Assembly (NCBI GenBank): GCA_050125095.1
Contig: JASFEA010000049.1
Location: 1-19,573, forward strand
DNA from: a bacterium
Lineage (GTDB): Bacteria; Arandabacterota; Arandabacteria; Arandabacterales; JALGWA01
Direction of reading: 5' to 3'
Length of the DNA stretch: 19,573 nucleotides
A model generated the notes under the pieces. That model worked only from the letters and a program-made list of their open reading frames with translations. It was not told the DNA's origin and ran no database searches. Made by a program: the position numbers and the translations under genes. This document shows, one piece after another, positions 1-8,172 of the stretch. Position 1 is the stretch's first letter, and the number at the start of each line of letters is the position of its first letter.

Positions 1-13
1 ATCACTTCCCCGG

Positions 14-2962
14 GTGATGCTTTTCTGGATTGCACTTTCTCTAGCCGTGACGGCAATCGCATCTGGATTCGAAGCGACCGAGGAGAGGGCCCGCCTGGCC
101 GCGGCCCGGATGGTAGAACGCGCGCTCGCCTGCGGGGAGAGCGACATCATACCGGTGACCGCTCTTGCCGGTGCGAGGCCCGGCGAGACCGTATTCGTGC
201 ATGACGTCGAGACGGTTGGGCCGCTTTACGGCCTCGTAGCCCTGACCTCGGCCCGGGGGAGCATGGTGGGCGTCGTGGCGGTGGATATGAAGTCGGATAA
301 GTGCCTCTGGTCGAGCTTCAATTGCCCCGGCGAGAGACTTCTTCCGGTGACCGCTGCCGGAGCTCTGACAAGACTGGTCGCGGCGGGAGAGCTTGCGGGT
401 GACAATGAGACCGGCGAACCTTTGCTCATAAGCGGCCGCGACAAGCGCCTTTACTGGAAGTATTCACGCGGTGCTGACTCATGGTATGTGGACGCCATGA
501 GACCGGAGGCACTTATCCTCTCTTCCACCGACGGTTCAGACCGTTCAGTATTAGCCCGGACGGAAACTCTGGACGAGCACGCCGGCGAAACCGCCGGCCT
601 CTCTGACCTCGGGGCCTCCGGGCCCGAGCCGACGCTGACCGACCCTCCGCCAGCCTACATTATCCCCGGGCTTCCCTATCACTTTCAGGTAACGGATTGG
701 TGGTGCGCCCCGACGTCGCTTCAGATGTTGATGGACTGGTACGGGGCGGAGATACCCCAGGTCGACATCGCCCATGTCGGCAATGACCGCGGCCCCTCGG
801 CAGGGGGAGTACGCCAGGACGACCTCCGCCGGGCGGCTGCTTTCAGCGGCATGAGTGTCGCCATTCAAGACTCATCGCTACAGGGTTATAATGAGCGCCA
901 GCTCGGATACGCGTGCCCGGACGCTTGCTTCATTACAAACAGGGCGGTCCGCCTCAAACGCGTCATCGCCGCGGGCTGCCCCGTAATCGCCCTTACATGG
1001 TGGAATCCCGGCCATGACGGCTTTCACTTCCGCATAATCCATGGCTATGACGACAGCCTCGACGTCTTCGTCTGCCAGGACCCGTGGTACTGGGCGGGCT
1101 GGTGGGGGCCGGAGGTGCTCATAGACCAGACTTACTTCGCCGACGACCTCTGGACCTACGGCATCAGCTGGGGCATGACGGCCGCGCCCTGGATATTGAC
1201 GCCGGACGTGCCGCCGGAAGTCGCGGTCGGAGACACTTTCCAGGTTGACCTCAAGGTTCTCTATCCCGGTCCCGGCAGATTCAGCGGGTCGTATCCGTGC
1301 TCGACATGCGAGGCCACTCTACATCTCTCGCCGGGGCTGACGCTTGCCGGAGGGAGTCCCACGACATCATTTCCGAGTATGTCCGCAGGGGACAGTGCTA
1401 TCGGGCATTGGGATGTGATAGCCGTGGGACCTCCTGGCGAGTGGGGTATGTCTTTCCAGGCCCAGGGCCTTCTTACCGCCTCCTGCAATTCTTATCCATC
1501 CTACACCGACAGTATCGGCGGCCACGCCCATGAAACCGTATTCGTGGGAGGCGCGGCCGACGACCGCTGGGGCCCGGCGGAGGTCTTAAGTGACTCCGCA
1601 TGGTCGGCGCGTACCTGCTTCCCGGGGTCGCGCGCCATGGTCGTCGGGGACGACGGAACGCTGCATGCCGTCTGGTCCGACACGCGTAATGGCGACAGCG
1701 AGATATACTACTCGCGCCGGACCGGATATGTATGGGACACCCCGGCGCGTCTCACTTCAAGTCCCGGCATGTCAAGCAATCCGTGCATAGCCATGAGCGG
1801 AAACGGCCGGCTTCATGTCGCGTGGAGCGATTACCGGGACATGACTTATGAGATCTACTACAAGGTATGGGACCCGGCGGGCGGATGGTCCGCCGACGAG
1901 CGGGTGACCGACCACGCCGAGGTCGACTACTATCCGGCGATTGCGGCCGGGGATTCCACGGTTTATCTGGTATGGGAGTACCATACGGGCTCAAGCTACC
2001 GGGTCGCGGGAGTGGCGTTTTCCCGGAAGACAGACGCCGGCTGGAGCGTGCCCGTCGACGTCGACGATTCATACACGCGGGATTCTTACCGGCCCACCAT
2101 AGCGTGCGGCCCGGGAGAGATTGTCCATGTAGCCTATGAGCGCCAGAGCGCGGACAGCCCGGATGAGCTCGAGCAAATATCATACAGGTCATATAACGGC
2201 ACATCATGGTCGGCGAGGACGCTGCTCTCCGGAGCGGGCTCGTTCTCGCGCACCCCCTCTATAATCGCGGGCCCCGACTCGACGCTTCACATTGTCTGGC
2301 AGGACGGCGAGAACACGGGCGGCGACATCTATTACAGGAAGCACGACGGCATCGCATGGCAACCGGTGGAAGAGATTGCGGTCGAAGGCACGGAAGCGTC
2401 AACGCCGTCGGTTGCCTCGGATGCCGCCGGCAATGTCCACGTGGTCTGGGCGGACAACCGCCACGGAGAAGCCGAAATCTACTATCGCGAGAAAGGCGCC
2501 TCGGGCTGGGGCGAACCCTCACGTGTCTCTCGGGGATCCGGACCTTCGCTGCTCCCGGCTGCAGGCGTGACGCCATCGGGCGAAGTATGCGTCCTGTGGA
2601 CCGACTCGCGAAGCGGAGTGGCCGGGATCTATCACAGTATGAGAGCCGCAGAGAGCGCCGTCGAGCCCGGCCGGCCGGAATCTCCAGGCGGCATACAAAT
2701 GGCGCTTCCCTGTCCGCAGCCATTCACGACCGAGATGCGCATGGAGTTCGCGCTTACCGAACGCACGCTGCTTGACATCGACGTCTATGACGTGGGTGGC
2801 AGGCTGGTGGCGCGGCTCGCCTCGGGCAGTTTCGGGCCGGGAGCCCATCACGTGACCTGGGATGGAAGCAGCCGGAACGGCCCCGTCTCGCCCGGCGTCT
2901 ACTTCATACAGTACTCCGGACCGGGCTGGAAGCAGGCCAGGAAAGTGGTCGTACTCAGATAG
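14..2962 (+). CDS. Secreted multidomain protein: signal peptide, putative pro-region, C39-like (papain-fold) cysteine peptidase, Ig-like domain, 7-repeat beta-propeller, FlgD-Ig/T9SS-like C-terminal sorting domain
   Basis: 982-aa ORF with a hydrophobic N-terminus. QVTDWWC (Gln/Cys), HFRIIHGYD (His) and QDPW match the C39-like catalytic layout. Seven LHxxWxD...EIYY...W repeats follow, and the C-terminus reads PQPF..VYDVGGRLV..WDG..GVYF..KVVVLR. The frame is open to the window edge, so the true start may lie upstream. Confidence 0.85.
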   Translation: MMLFWIALSLAVTAIASGFEATEERARLAAARMVERALACGESDIIPVTALAGARPGETVFVHDVETVGPLYGLVALTSARGSMVGVVAVDMKSDKCLWSSFNCPGERLLPVTAAGALTRLVAAGELAGDNETGEPLLISGRDKRLYWKYSRGADSWYVDAMRPEALILSSTDGSDRSVLARTETLDEHAGETAGLSDLGASGPEPTLTDPPPAYIIPGLPYHFQVTDWWCAPTSLQMLMDWYGAEIPQVDIAHVGNDRGPSAGGVRQDDLRRAAAFSGMSVAIQDSSLQGYNERQLGYACPDACFITNRAVRLKRVIAAGCPVIALTWWNPGHDGFHFRIIHGYDDSLDVFVCQDPWYWAGWWGPEVLIDQTYFADDLWTYGISWGMTAAPWILTPDVPPEVAVGDTFQVDLKVLYPGPGRFSGSYPCSTCEATLHLSPGLTLAGGSPTTSFPSMSAGDSAIGHWDVIAVGPPGEWGMSFQAQGLLTASCNSYPSYTDSIGGHAHETVFVGGAADDRWGPAEVLSDSAWSARTCFPGSRAMVVGDDGTLHAVWSDTRNGDSEIYYSRRTGYVWDTPARLTSSPGMSSNPCIAMSGNGRLHVAWSDYRDMTYEIYYKVWDPAGGWSADERVTDHAEVDYYPAIAAGDSTVYLVWEYHTGSSYRVAGVAFSRKTDAGWSVPVDVDDSYTRDSYRPTIACGPGEIVHVAYERQSADSPDELEQISYRSYNGTSWSARTLLSGAGSFSRTPSIIAGPDSTLHIVWQDGENTGGDIYYRKHDGIAWQPVEEIAVEGTEASTPSVASDAAGNVHVVWADNRHGEAEIYYREKGASGWGEPSRVSRGSGPSLLPAAGVTPSGEVCVLWTDSRSGVAGIYHSMRAAESAVEPGRPESPGGIQMALPCPQPFTTEMRMEFALTERTLLDIDVYDVGGRLVARLASGSFGPGAHHVTWDGSSRNGPVSPGVYFIQYSGPGWKQARKVVVLR
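1660..2640 (+). repeat. Seven ~50-aa propeller-blade repeats (protein level) in the first CDS
   Basis: LHAVWSD..EIYY, LHVAWSD..EIYY, VYLVWEY, VHVAYER..ISY, LHIVWQD..DIYY, VHVVWAD..EIYY, VCVLWTD..GIYH. Boundaries are approximate. Confidence 0.75.
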
Positions 2963-3063
2963 CCCGGGGCTGGAAGTCCCGGCAACTGCTGGTCTACCTT
3001 CCTGGCTATGATATGGGCTCTTCGTATGGTGCTGAGGCCCTCCGCATCACGCCGCTCTATTCT

Positions 3064-3675
3064 CTACGTGTCCGGGAACTCGAACTCCTCCGCATATATG
3101 AGCTGTATTTTTATGCATGTCTGCCAGTCGAAGACGATGCGGTCCGACGAGCTCGGCTCGGGAGTCGTTGTGCCGTTATCGACGGTGAACTTGAGAACCG
3201 GCTGCTGGCCGTTGAGGAAGTCCTCAAGCGCGGTGTTGAGGACGTCGACGCCGTCGGGATGGAGCTCGGCCCATATCTGGTTGTCGAGGGCTTCGGTGAG
3301 GGGCTGGCTCGTGTATCTTAACAGCGTGTCGGCCTCCGCCTTCGCGCCTATCCGCTCCACCAGCACCGCCCCGCCCACTGTCCAGTCATGGGTATGGGAG
3401 AAATCGGTTACCTCATATGACCCGCCCACCACGAAGGCCCGCGAGATGTCGGACCGGTCGATGTCGTTGTCATCCAGGATGTCCTGTATCTCGTCGCCGT
3501 AAGCGAGCAGGGATTCGGAGAAGAAGTCGCCGGTCGCGTGGTCTTCCTGGAATTCGGCGCATGTCTCTCCGCTGAGCACGAGCTCGATCACCTTCTCCTC
3601 GAGAAGGCATCCGGATGAAATCGTGAGAGCACAGAGCAGAGCCAGAAGGCCGAGTGCTTTGATTGATGCTTTCAT
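3064..3675 (-). CDS. Putative lipoprotein of unknown function
   Basis: GGGAGG RBS precedes ATG at 3675 (MKASIKALGLLALLCALTISSGC). Basic N-terminus, hydrophobic core and lipobox-like SSGC. The mature region is acidic. Confidence 0.75.
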   Translation of the reverse strand: MKASIKALGLLALLCALTISSGCLLEEKVIELVLSGETCAEFQEDHATGDFFSESLLAYGDEIQDILDDNDIDRSDISRAFVVGGSYEVTDFSHTHDWTVGGAVLVERIGAKAEADTLLRYTSQPLTEALDNQIWAELHPDGVDVLNTALEDFLNGQQPVLKFTVDNGTTTPEPSSSDRIVFDWQTCIKIQLIYAEEFEFPDT

Positions 3676-3699
3676 TCTATCATGCCTCCCTGTCATGGC

Positions 3700-4650
3700 T
3701 CAGTTGCCGATTATGAGACCGAACGTGAAAGTGTTCCTTCCGGTGAAGCCGTAGTCGGCGTACCCCCCGATGTAATAGATCTTGAATAGGGCTCCGATTG
3801 TGAGGTGGAGGTTGGTGCTTCTTTCCAGATTGAGCGTCACGTCCTCGACCTCACCCGATGCCTCGCTTTCATAAGACACCTCCATCGAATGCGTGTCGAG
3901 AGCAAGGCCGCCATAGGGCTCGATGTAAATCATCTCCGTCCCGAACTGCCTGCTCCCCTGGGCCCCGATCGTGAAAGCGCCGCCCTTGATGAGGTCGCTG
4001 CCCGACTGGTTCTCGCCTATCTTGTAGGACTGCCAGAAGAAGCCCGCCGAAAGGTCAAGCGGCAGCTGGCGCTCCAGGTACTGGGAGATGCTGTGCTGCA
4101 GCCCCAGGCCGAAGAGCTTTACCTTTGCCAGTTCTTCGTCTGAGACGTCGGCCGATATGTAACGGAAGATGGCCTCGGTGCCGTAGAGCCTGCCGATGCG
4201 CACCTGGATCATCGCCAGGGGCACCGAATTCAGGCTGAGGCCGCCCGGGAAGGCAAACTGAGTGTCCCCCACGCCGTCCACTATGACGGCTTCACCGGGC
4301 CCCACGACAGTCGGGGCGTCAACGGTCTGTTCAGGGAAGAACCCTTGCTCGGTTGTCGCCCTGAAGGTCCTGTCATCGTTACTTACTTTGGTCATCATGG
4401 CGGGAATCTCGAAGCTCAGGCGGAAGCCCGACTCCGGGATGCGGGCCGACCTGAAAAGGCCGGAATTGAGGTCCGTCCCGATGAGATCGCCAAGGGGCTG
4501 CATGTACGCCGTGGCGTTCTTCTCGGAATAGACGGAGAGATTATCCTCGAGCTCGCTGGCGCCCGAGGGCAGGGCCGGCAACAGAAGTGCCAGGAATAGG
4601 ACTCCCGGCAAAAAGCCGCCGAGTATAACCGAACGCTCCAAAATCGACAC
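3700..4650 (-). CDS. Putative outer-membrane beta-barrel protein, DUF6588-like
   Basis: AAGGAGG RBS precedes GTG at 4650, followed by a signal peptide. The N-terminal AYMQPLGDLIGTDLNSG, the FGLGLQHSISQY segment, amphipathic strands and the terminal TFTFGLIIGN resemble DUF6588 proteins as I recall them. Confidence 0.7.
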   Translation of the reverse strand: MSILERSVILGGFLPGVLFLALLLPALPSGASELEDNLSVYSEKNATAYMQPLGDLIGTDLNSGLFRSARIPESGFRLSFEIPAMMTKVSNDDRTFRATTEQGFFPEQTVDAPTVVGPGEAVIVDGVGDTQFAFPGGLSLNSVPLAMIQVRIGRLYGTEAIFRYISADVSDEELAKVKLFGLGLQHSISQYLERQLPLDLSAGFFWQSYKIGENQSGSDLIKGGAFTIGAQGSRQFGTEMIYIEPYGGLALDTHSMEVSYESEASGEVEDVTLNLERSTNLHLTIGALFKIYYIGGYADYGFTGRNTFTFGLIIGN

Positions 4651-4698
4651 GATTTGCACCTCCTTGCTTACGGTCCAGGTTCCCACATGGCAGTGAAA

Positions 4699-4727
4699 AT
4701 GTTAGCGGACTGGTGTGGCGGCGTAAA
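4699..4727 (-). promoter_or_regulatory. Candidate sigma70 promoter for the barrel-lipoprotein pair
   Basis: Minus strand TTTACG-N17-TAACAT, about 50 bp upstream of the GTG at 4650 and just past the upstream terminator. Confidence 0.45.
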
Positions 4728-4747
4728 GCCAAAACACAAGAGGCAGA

Positions 4748-4781
4748 CAAAAGCGAAACCCCCGGCGTTGCCGCCGGGGGT
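4748..4781 (-). terminator. Rho-independent terminator of the 4809-7028 gene
   Basis: Minus strand ACCCCCGGCG-GCAA-CGCCGGGGGT (10-bp stem, GNRA loop, 4758-4781) followed by TTCGCTTTTG, 27 bp after the stop codon. Confidence 0.8.
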
Positions 4782-4808
4782 CCCGCATACACAAGATGCG
4801 GCTACAGA

Positions 4809-7028
4809 TTACTTAAGCAACAGCATCTTCATTGTTCTCTGCTGACTGCCTGTGCTCAGGCGGTAGAAGTACACGCCTGAAGGCATGTCGCGGCCGTCGC
4901 AGTCAGTGCCCTCCCATACTGCCGCCTTCATGCCGGCAGACTGGGTCTCGTCAACCAGGACGTCGACAAGGCGGCCCTCCACGTCGAATACCTCGAGCTT
5001 GACGTGGCCCGCCGCGGGAAGCGCGTACCTGATCGTCGTCGATCCCACAAACGGGTTAGGCACGTTCTGGAGCATGCCCAGGCCGTCGGGCGTCTTGCTG
5101 TCCTCCGGCACCCGGCTCTCCGGGTCGGTTACGAGCATGAATGCCAGATCCATCGACTCGCCCGCAAACGGGTGATTGAACGGGTAGATGAGCTCGAACC
5201 AGGGCCCGAAATAGGGCTCTATGCCGTCGCCCCATACGGCGTCGTCGTTCCAGTGGTCGAGCGACGTCTTCCAGCCGAATAAGGCGTCGGCGTCATGCGG
5301 CCTTGCCTGAACGTCCAGCCAGTAGATCTTGGGGTACCGCTCGGTGCCCATCTGGAAGAAGGAGTCGTCGATGTTTATCAGGAAGCGATAGTACCAGCAG
5401 GTATAGTCAGCCGGCCACCAGTAAGCGTCGTCCGGCGGATAGTACCAACCTTCCTCGATATTGTCGGCGTGTATGCCGAATTCGAACATGCCGGGCACGA
5501 AGTCCATCCACCAGACAGGATCCGCAGGCATGCTGTAGCCCGTAGGGCTGAGCGAATCCGGGATATCCTCATGGATGCTCAGCGTGAAGTCGACCGCTCC
5601 CGGATCCTCACCGAACGGGTAGTAGTCATCAAGCCAGGAGCCCCAGATGAGGATCTCGACTATGCGCCCGGGCTCGGTACACAGCCAGTCATCAGCAAGG
5701 ATGATGGGCTCCGTGCAGTGGACGTCTATGCCGGTATTGTCGAGGTCGGGCCTCTGGAGCCACTTCGACGGATCCCCTTCGAGGATGACCTCGTGGTCCT
5801 CCACCTCACCATCAGGCGCCCCGCCCACGGGAGTGAGCCCTCCGTTCAGGCTGATGCGCCAGCGCGAGAAGGTCTGCCCCGGCACCGCTGCCGCCGGCGG
5901 TGTCACATTGACCGCCTGGACGCCCGCGGGATACCAGCCGGCAACAACCTGCTCCGAAGCCTGCCAGATCAAGTCGTAGTTCCAGTCTATCCAGGCTTCC
6001 ACAAAACCGCCCGTTCCGCTCCCGCCGTCGTTCACCTCGAAGGTGATGGTCGATGTTATCCCGATCGGCAGGGGCGGGATCTGAACGCCGTCTTCATCAT
6101 CGTTTATGGGACCGCCCAGAATGTCCAGATCATCGCCGAGCGCGGCCGGTTCCTGCTGGCCGTCCGGATCGGGATCCGGAAAGTCGCTGGCGTCGCCCAG
6201 CCAGGGCCCGCCGATTACGTGATTGGCCCCGTTATTGGCTGCCGTCGTCGGGTAGCCAGGGGTGCCGATAATCTCCGGAGCGTCGCCCCAGTCAAGTTCA
6301 ACGGGTTCACTTACGATTACGAATGAGAGATCTATGGACTCCCCCCCGAATTCGTGGCCCGGCGGATAGCGAAGCTCGAACCACGGGCCGAGATAAGGTT
6401 CGTTCCCCTGCCCCCAAACCGCATCGTCATTCCAGTTATCGCGCGAGGTCTTCCAGCCGAAAAACGCAGAATAATCAGCCGGTATGGCCTGCACGTCAAG
6501 CCAGTAGACCACGGGTAGATCGGGCGTCCCCTCCTGGACAAAAGCGTCTTCGTCGAGGTAGAAGTTGTACTGCCAGATTATCTGGTCCGCCGGATACACA
6601 TAGTCATCAGGCGGGTCCATCCAGCCCTCAAGTACACCCTGGGTCCATATCCTCACAGTGAATTCGCCCGGCCTGAAGAGGCGGTACCAGAGGACCTGTC
6701 CCGGCATACTGTATCCTGTCGAGCTCTCGGAATCAGGTATGTCTTTGTGGAAGCTAAGGATGAACATGACCGAGTCGGGCGACTCATACGGCGGGTAGTC
6801 GTTATACCATGAGCCCCAGATGTGCACCGCAGTAATCGCCCCCGTTTCCGTGCATTCGAAGTCGTCGGCCAGGATGTAAGGTTCGGTGGCGTTGACGTCA
6901 ATGCCATAATCCGTCTCATCCGGCATCTGCACCCACTTCGCCGGCTGCGACGGGTCCCAATCGGCATACGCCGCAGGCGCGAGCGCGATCAGGGTTACTG
7001 CAAGCAAGCAAAGAGCGTATTTCGTCAC
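4809..7028 (-). CDS. Secreted acidic protein: two copies of a ~205-aa domain (possibly DUF7901-like) flanking a GEVED domain, plus FlgD-Ig/T9SS-like C-terminal domain
   Basis: AAGGAGG RBS precedes GTG at 7028. Signal peptide VTKYALCLLAVTLIALAPAAYA. Duplicated KWxQxPD..ILADD..IWGSW..YWLDVQA..FGWKTS..WNDDAVWG. The middle region reads DWGDAP...DDEDGV...AWIDWN...GEVEDH, and the C-terminus QNVPNPF...GVYFYRL...KMLLLK. Confidence 0.85.
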   Translation of the reverse strand: MTKYALCLLAVTLIALAPAAYADWDPSQPAKWVQMPDETDYGIDVNATEPYILADDFECTETGAITAVHIWGSWYNDYPPYESPDSVMFILSFHKDIPDSESSTGYSMPGQVLWYRLFRPGEFTVRIWTQGVLEGWMDPPDDYVYPADQIIWQYNFYLDEDAFVQEGTPDLPVVYWLDVQAIPADYSAFFGWKTSRDNWNDDAVWGQGNEPYLGPWFELRYPPGHEFGGESIDLSFVIVSEPVELDWGDAPEIIGTPGYPTTAANNGANHVIGGPWLGDASDFPDPDPDGQQEPAALGDDLDILGGPINDDEDGVQIPPLPIGITSTITFEVNDGGSGTGGFVEAWIDWNYDLIWQASEQVVAGWYPAGVQAVNVTPPAAAVPGQTFSRWRISLNGGLTPVGGAPDGEVEDHEVILEGDPSKWLQRPDLDNTGIDVHCTEPIILADDWLCTEPGRIVEILIWGSWLDDYYPFGEDPGAVDFTLSIHEDIPDSLSPTGYSMPADPVWWMDFVPGMFEFGIHADNIEEGWYYPPDDAYWWPADYTCWYYRFLINIDDSFFQMGTERYPKIYWLDVQARPHDADALFGWKTSLDHWNDDAVWGDGIEPYFGPWFELIYPFNHPFAGESMDLAFMLVTDPESRVPEDSKTPDGLGMLQNVPNPFVGSTTIRYALPAAGHVKLEVFDVEGRLVDVLVDETQSAGMKAAVWEGTDCDGRDMPSGVYFYRLSTGSQQRTMKMLLLK
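5133..6938 (-). repeat. Intragenic domain duplication (copy 1 ~6315-6938, copy 2 ~5133-5765)
   Basis: Colinear protein motifs, e.g. DIPDSESSTGYSMP vs DIPDSLSPTGYSMP and EPYLGPWFELRYP vs EPYFGPWFELIYP. Confidence 0.85.
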
Positions 7029-7104
7029 GATTGCCTCCTTTCCCGTGGCATGTTCAGACGAGTGCTTTGCTATGCCCCTTTGCTGATTTCTACAACCGCC
7101 GGTC

Positions 7105-7133
7105 ATTATACCACAGATGGGATGTGATTTCAA
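7105..7133 (-). promoter_or_regulatory. Near-consensus sigma70 promoter for the 4809-7028 gene
   Basis: Minus strand TTGAAA-N17-TATAAT with extended -10 (TGTGGTATAAT). Confidence 0.8.
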
Positions 7134-7142
7134 TGAAAGGGT

Positions 7143-7934
7143 TTAGCCAATTTCGCGGCCGAGCACACGGTAGAATTCCGCCCGGGCGTGGCGCTCGATC
7201 CAGGGCTTGTGGCCGCAGCGCTTGAGGAGGATGAAGTGGAAGTCTGCGAGCCTGGCGGCCAGCGGCCTCCGGACGCCCTCGGCGGGGTGCGGGTCGTGAT
7301 CGCCGTGTATGGCGACGACCGGGCAGCCGATGCGCCCGGCCTCATCGAGGAGCACGCCGCTTCGCCTGAGCTCGGCCCCTTCGGGCCATACCGCTTGGAA
7401 GATATCGGGCCGGAACTCGACCTTTTCATCCTTTTCATCGCCGGCCGGCAGCGCCTCATATGTGTCGACCTTCGAATACAGCCGGCCGAAGCGCTCGAAG
7501 GCCGTCTCCCGCGCCTCCGCCGCCGGGTCCGAAATTATCTCAAGCAGGTCTCTGACCTCACCTCTCTCCTCTTGCGTGAGCCGGCTCAGCCTTGTCTTTT
7601 CGACTGTCCCGGCGTATTCGGGCTCAAACGGCCCGCTCCCGACGAGTATGAGCTTCTTTATGAGTTCCGGGTCCCGTGCGGCGAGAAGGACGCCCAGCCA
7701 GGCGCCCCAGGAGTAACCGATAAGCGTCACGGGGAGCGCCGCATGGCTTCTCAGGAGGCGGCCCAGCTCTTCGACCTGGTCCTCCAGCGTTGCCTGGGTC
7801 TGCAGGGGTTCGAGCACTCCCATGTTGGATGCAAGCTCTCTTGCCACCGGCGCCATCTCCCCCACCGCCCCCGGACCACCGTGAACTACTGCAACGGCGT
7901 ACGGCGGCTCTCCGTATTTCCTGGGATTTCTCAC
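7143..7934 (-). CDS. Alpha/beta-fold hydrolase (proline iminopeptidase-like subgroup), cytoplasmic
   Basis: TAAGGAGG RBS precedes GTG at 7934. HGGPG oxyanion motif, GYSWG nucleophile elbow, HGDHD (Asp) and CGHKPW (His). No signal peptide. Confidence 0.88.
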   Translation of the reverse strand: MRNPRKYGEPPYAVAVVHGGPGAVGEMAPVARELASNMGVLEPLQTQATLEDQVEELGRLLRSHAALPVTLIGYSWGAWLGVLLAARDPELIKKLILVGSGPFEPEYAGTVEKTRLSRLTQEERGEVRDLLEIISDPAAEARETAFERFGRLYSKVDTYEALPAGDEKDEKVEFRPDIFQAVWPEGAELRRSGVLLDEAGRIGCPVVAIHGDHDPHPAEGVRRPLAARLADFHFILLKRCGHKPWIERHARAEFYRVLGREIG

Positions 7935-8016
7935 CTGCACCTCCTTACAGGAGAGACTAGCACCCGCGGCTGCCCGGGGCAAGGCACAGGACTGTTGCGA
8001 ACCGGCGACACATCTG

Positions 8017-8032
8017 TGGCGCACGTGCGCCA
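8017..8032. promoter_or_regulatory. Perfect 16-bp palindrome in a divergent intergenic region (possible operator)
   Basis: TGGCGCACGTGCGCCA is its own reverse complement and lies between the divergent starts at 7934 and 8173. Confidence 0.35.
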
Positions 8033-8066
8033 TTTTGCCGCCGGCAGCGGCGTGGCGCCGGGCCGG

Positions 8067-8077
8067 TATGGTATGCT
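8067..8077 (+). promoter_or_regulatory. Candidate extended -10 promoter for the metallopeptidase gene
   Basis: TATGGTATGCT (TRTGn-TAnnnT) in an AT-richer patch. There is no convincing -35. Confidence 0.4.
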
Positions 8078-8172
8078 TATTGCTCTATGAAGTATAAATG
8101 GAGTTCCATGGTCGCGGACTCCATAAGTCTCCTCTGCGCCCGAATGCCTGTACGGCAGCAAAGGGGTATGTC

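Noticed and set aside
2962..2983. Hairpin CCGGGGC-TGGAA-GTCCCGG after the first CDS
   Set aside because: It is short, includes a G-U pair and has no U-tract on either strand, so it is not supportable as a terminator.
5133..6938. Duplicated segment as a possible diversity-generating retroelement TR/VR pair
   Set aside because: Both copies are in-frame coding domains whose differences are not adenine-specific, and no reverse transcriptase is present in the window.
7983..7998. GGCAC...TTGC sigma54-like motif
   Set aside because: The GG-to-GC spacing is 12 nt rather than the required 10.
8098..8124. ATGGAGTTC...GACTCC resembling the fluoride riboswitch core
   Set aside because: There is no P1 pairing around the core and no TAATGACTCCTAC-type 3' segment, the spacing is too short, and the downstream gene is unrelated to fluoride. 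I treated it as a simple hairpin.
7029..8172. Longer ORF-track starts at 7133, 8033 and 8098 (also 4686 and 3696)
   Set aside because: Downstream starts have clear RBSs and, for the exported proteins, put the signal peptide at the N-terminus. The extensions run through promoter or RBS sequence.
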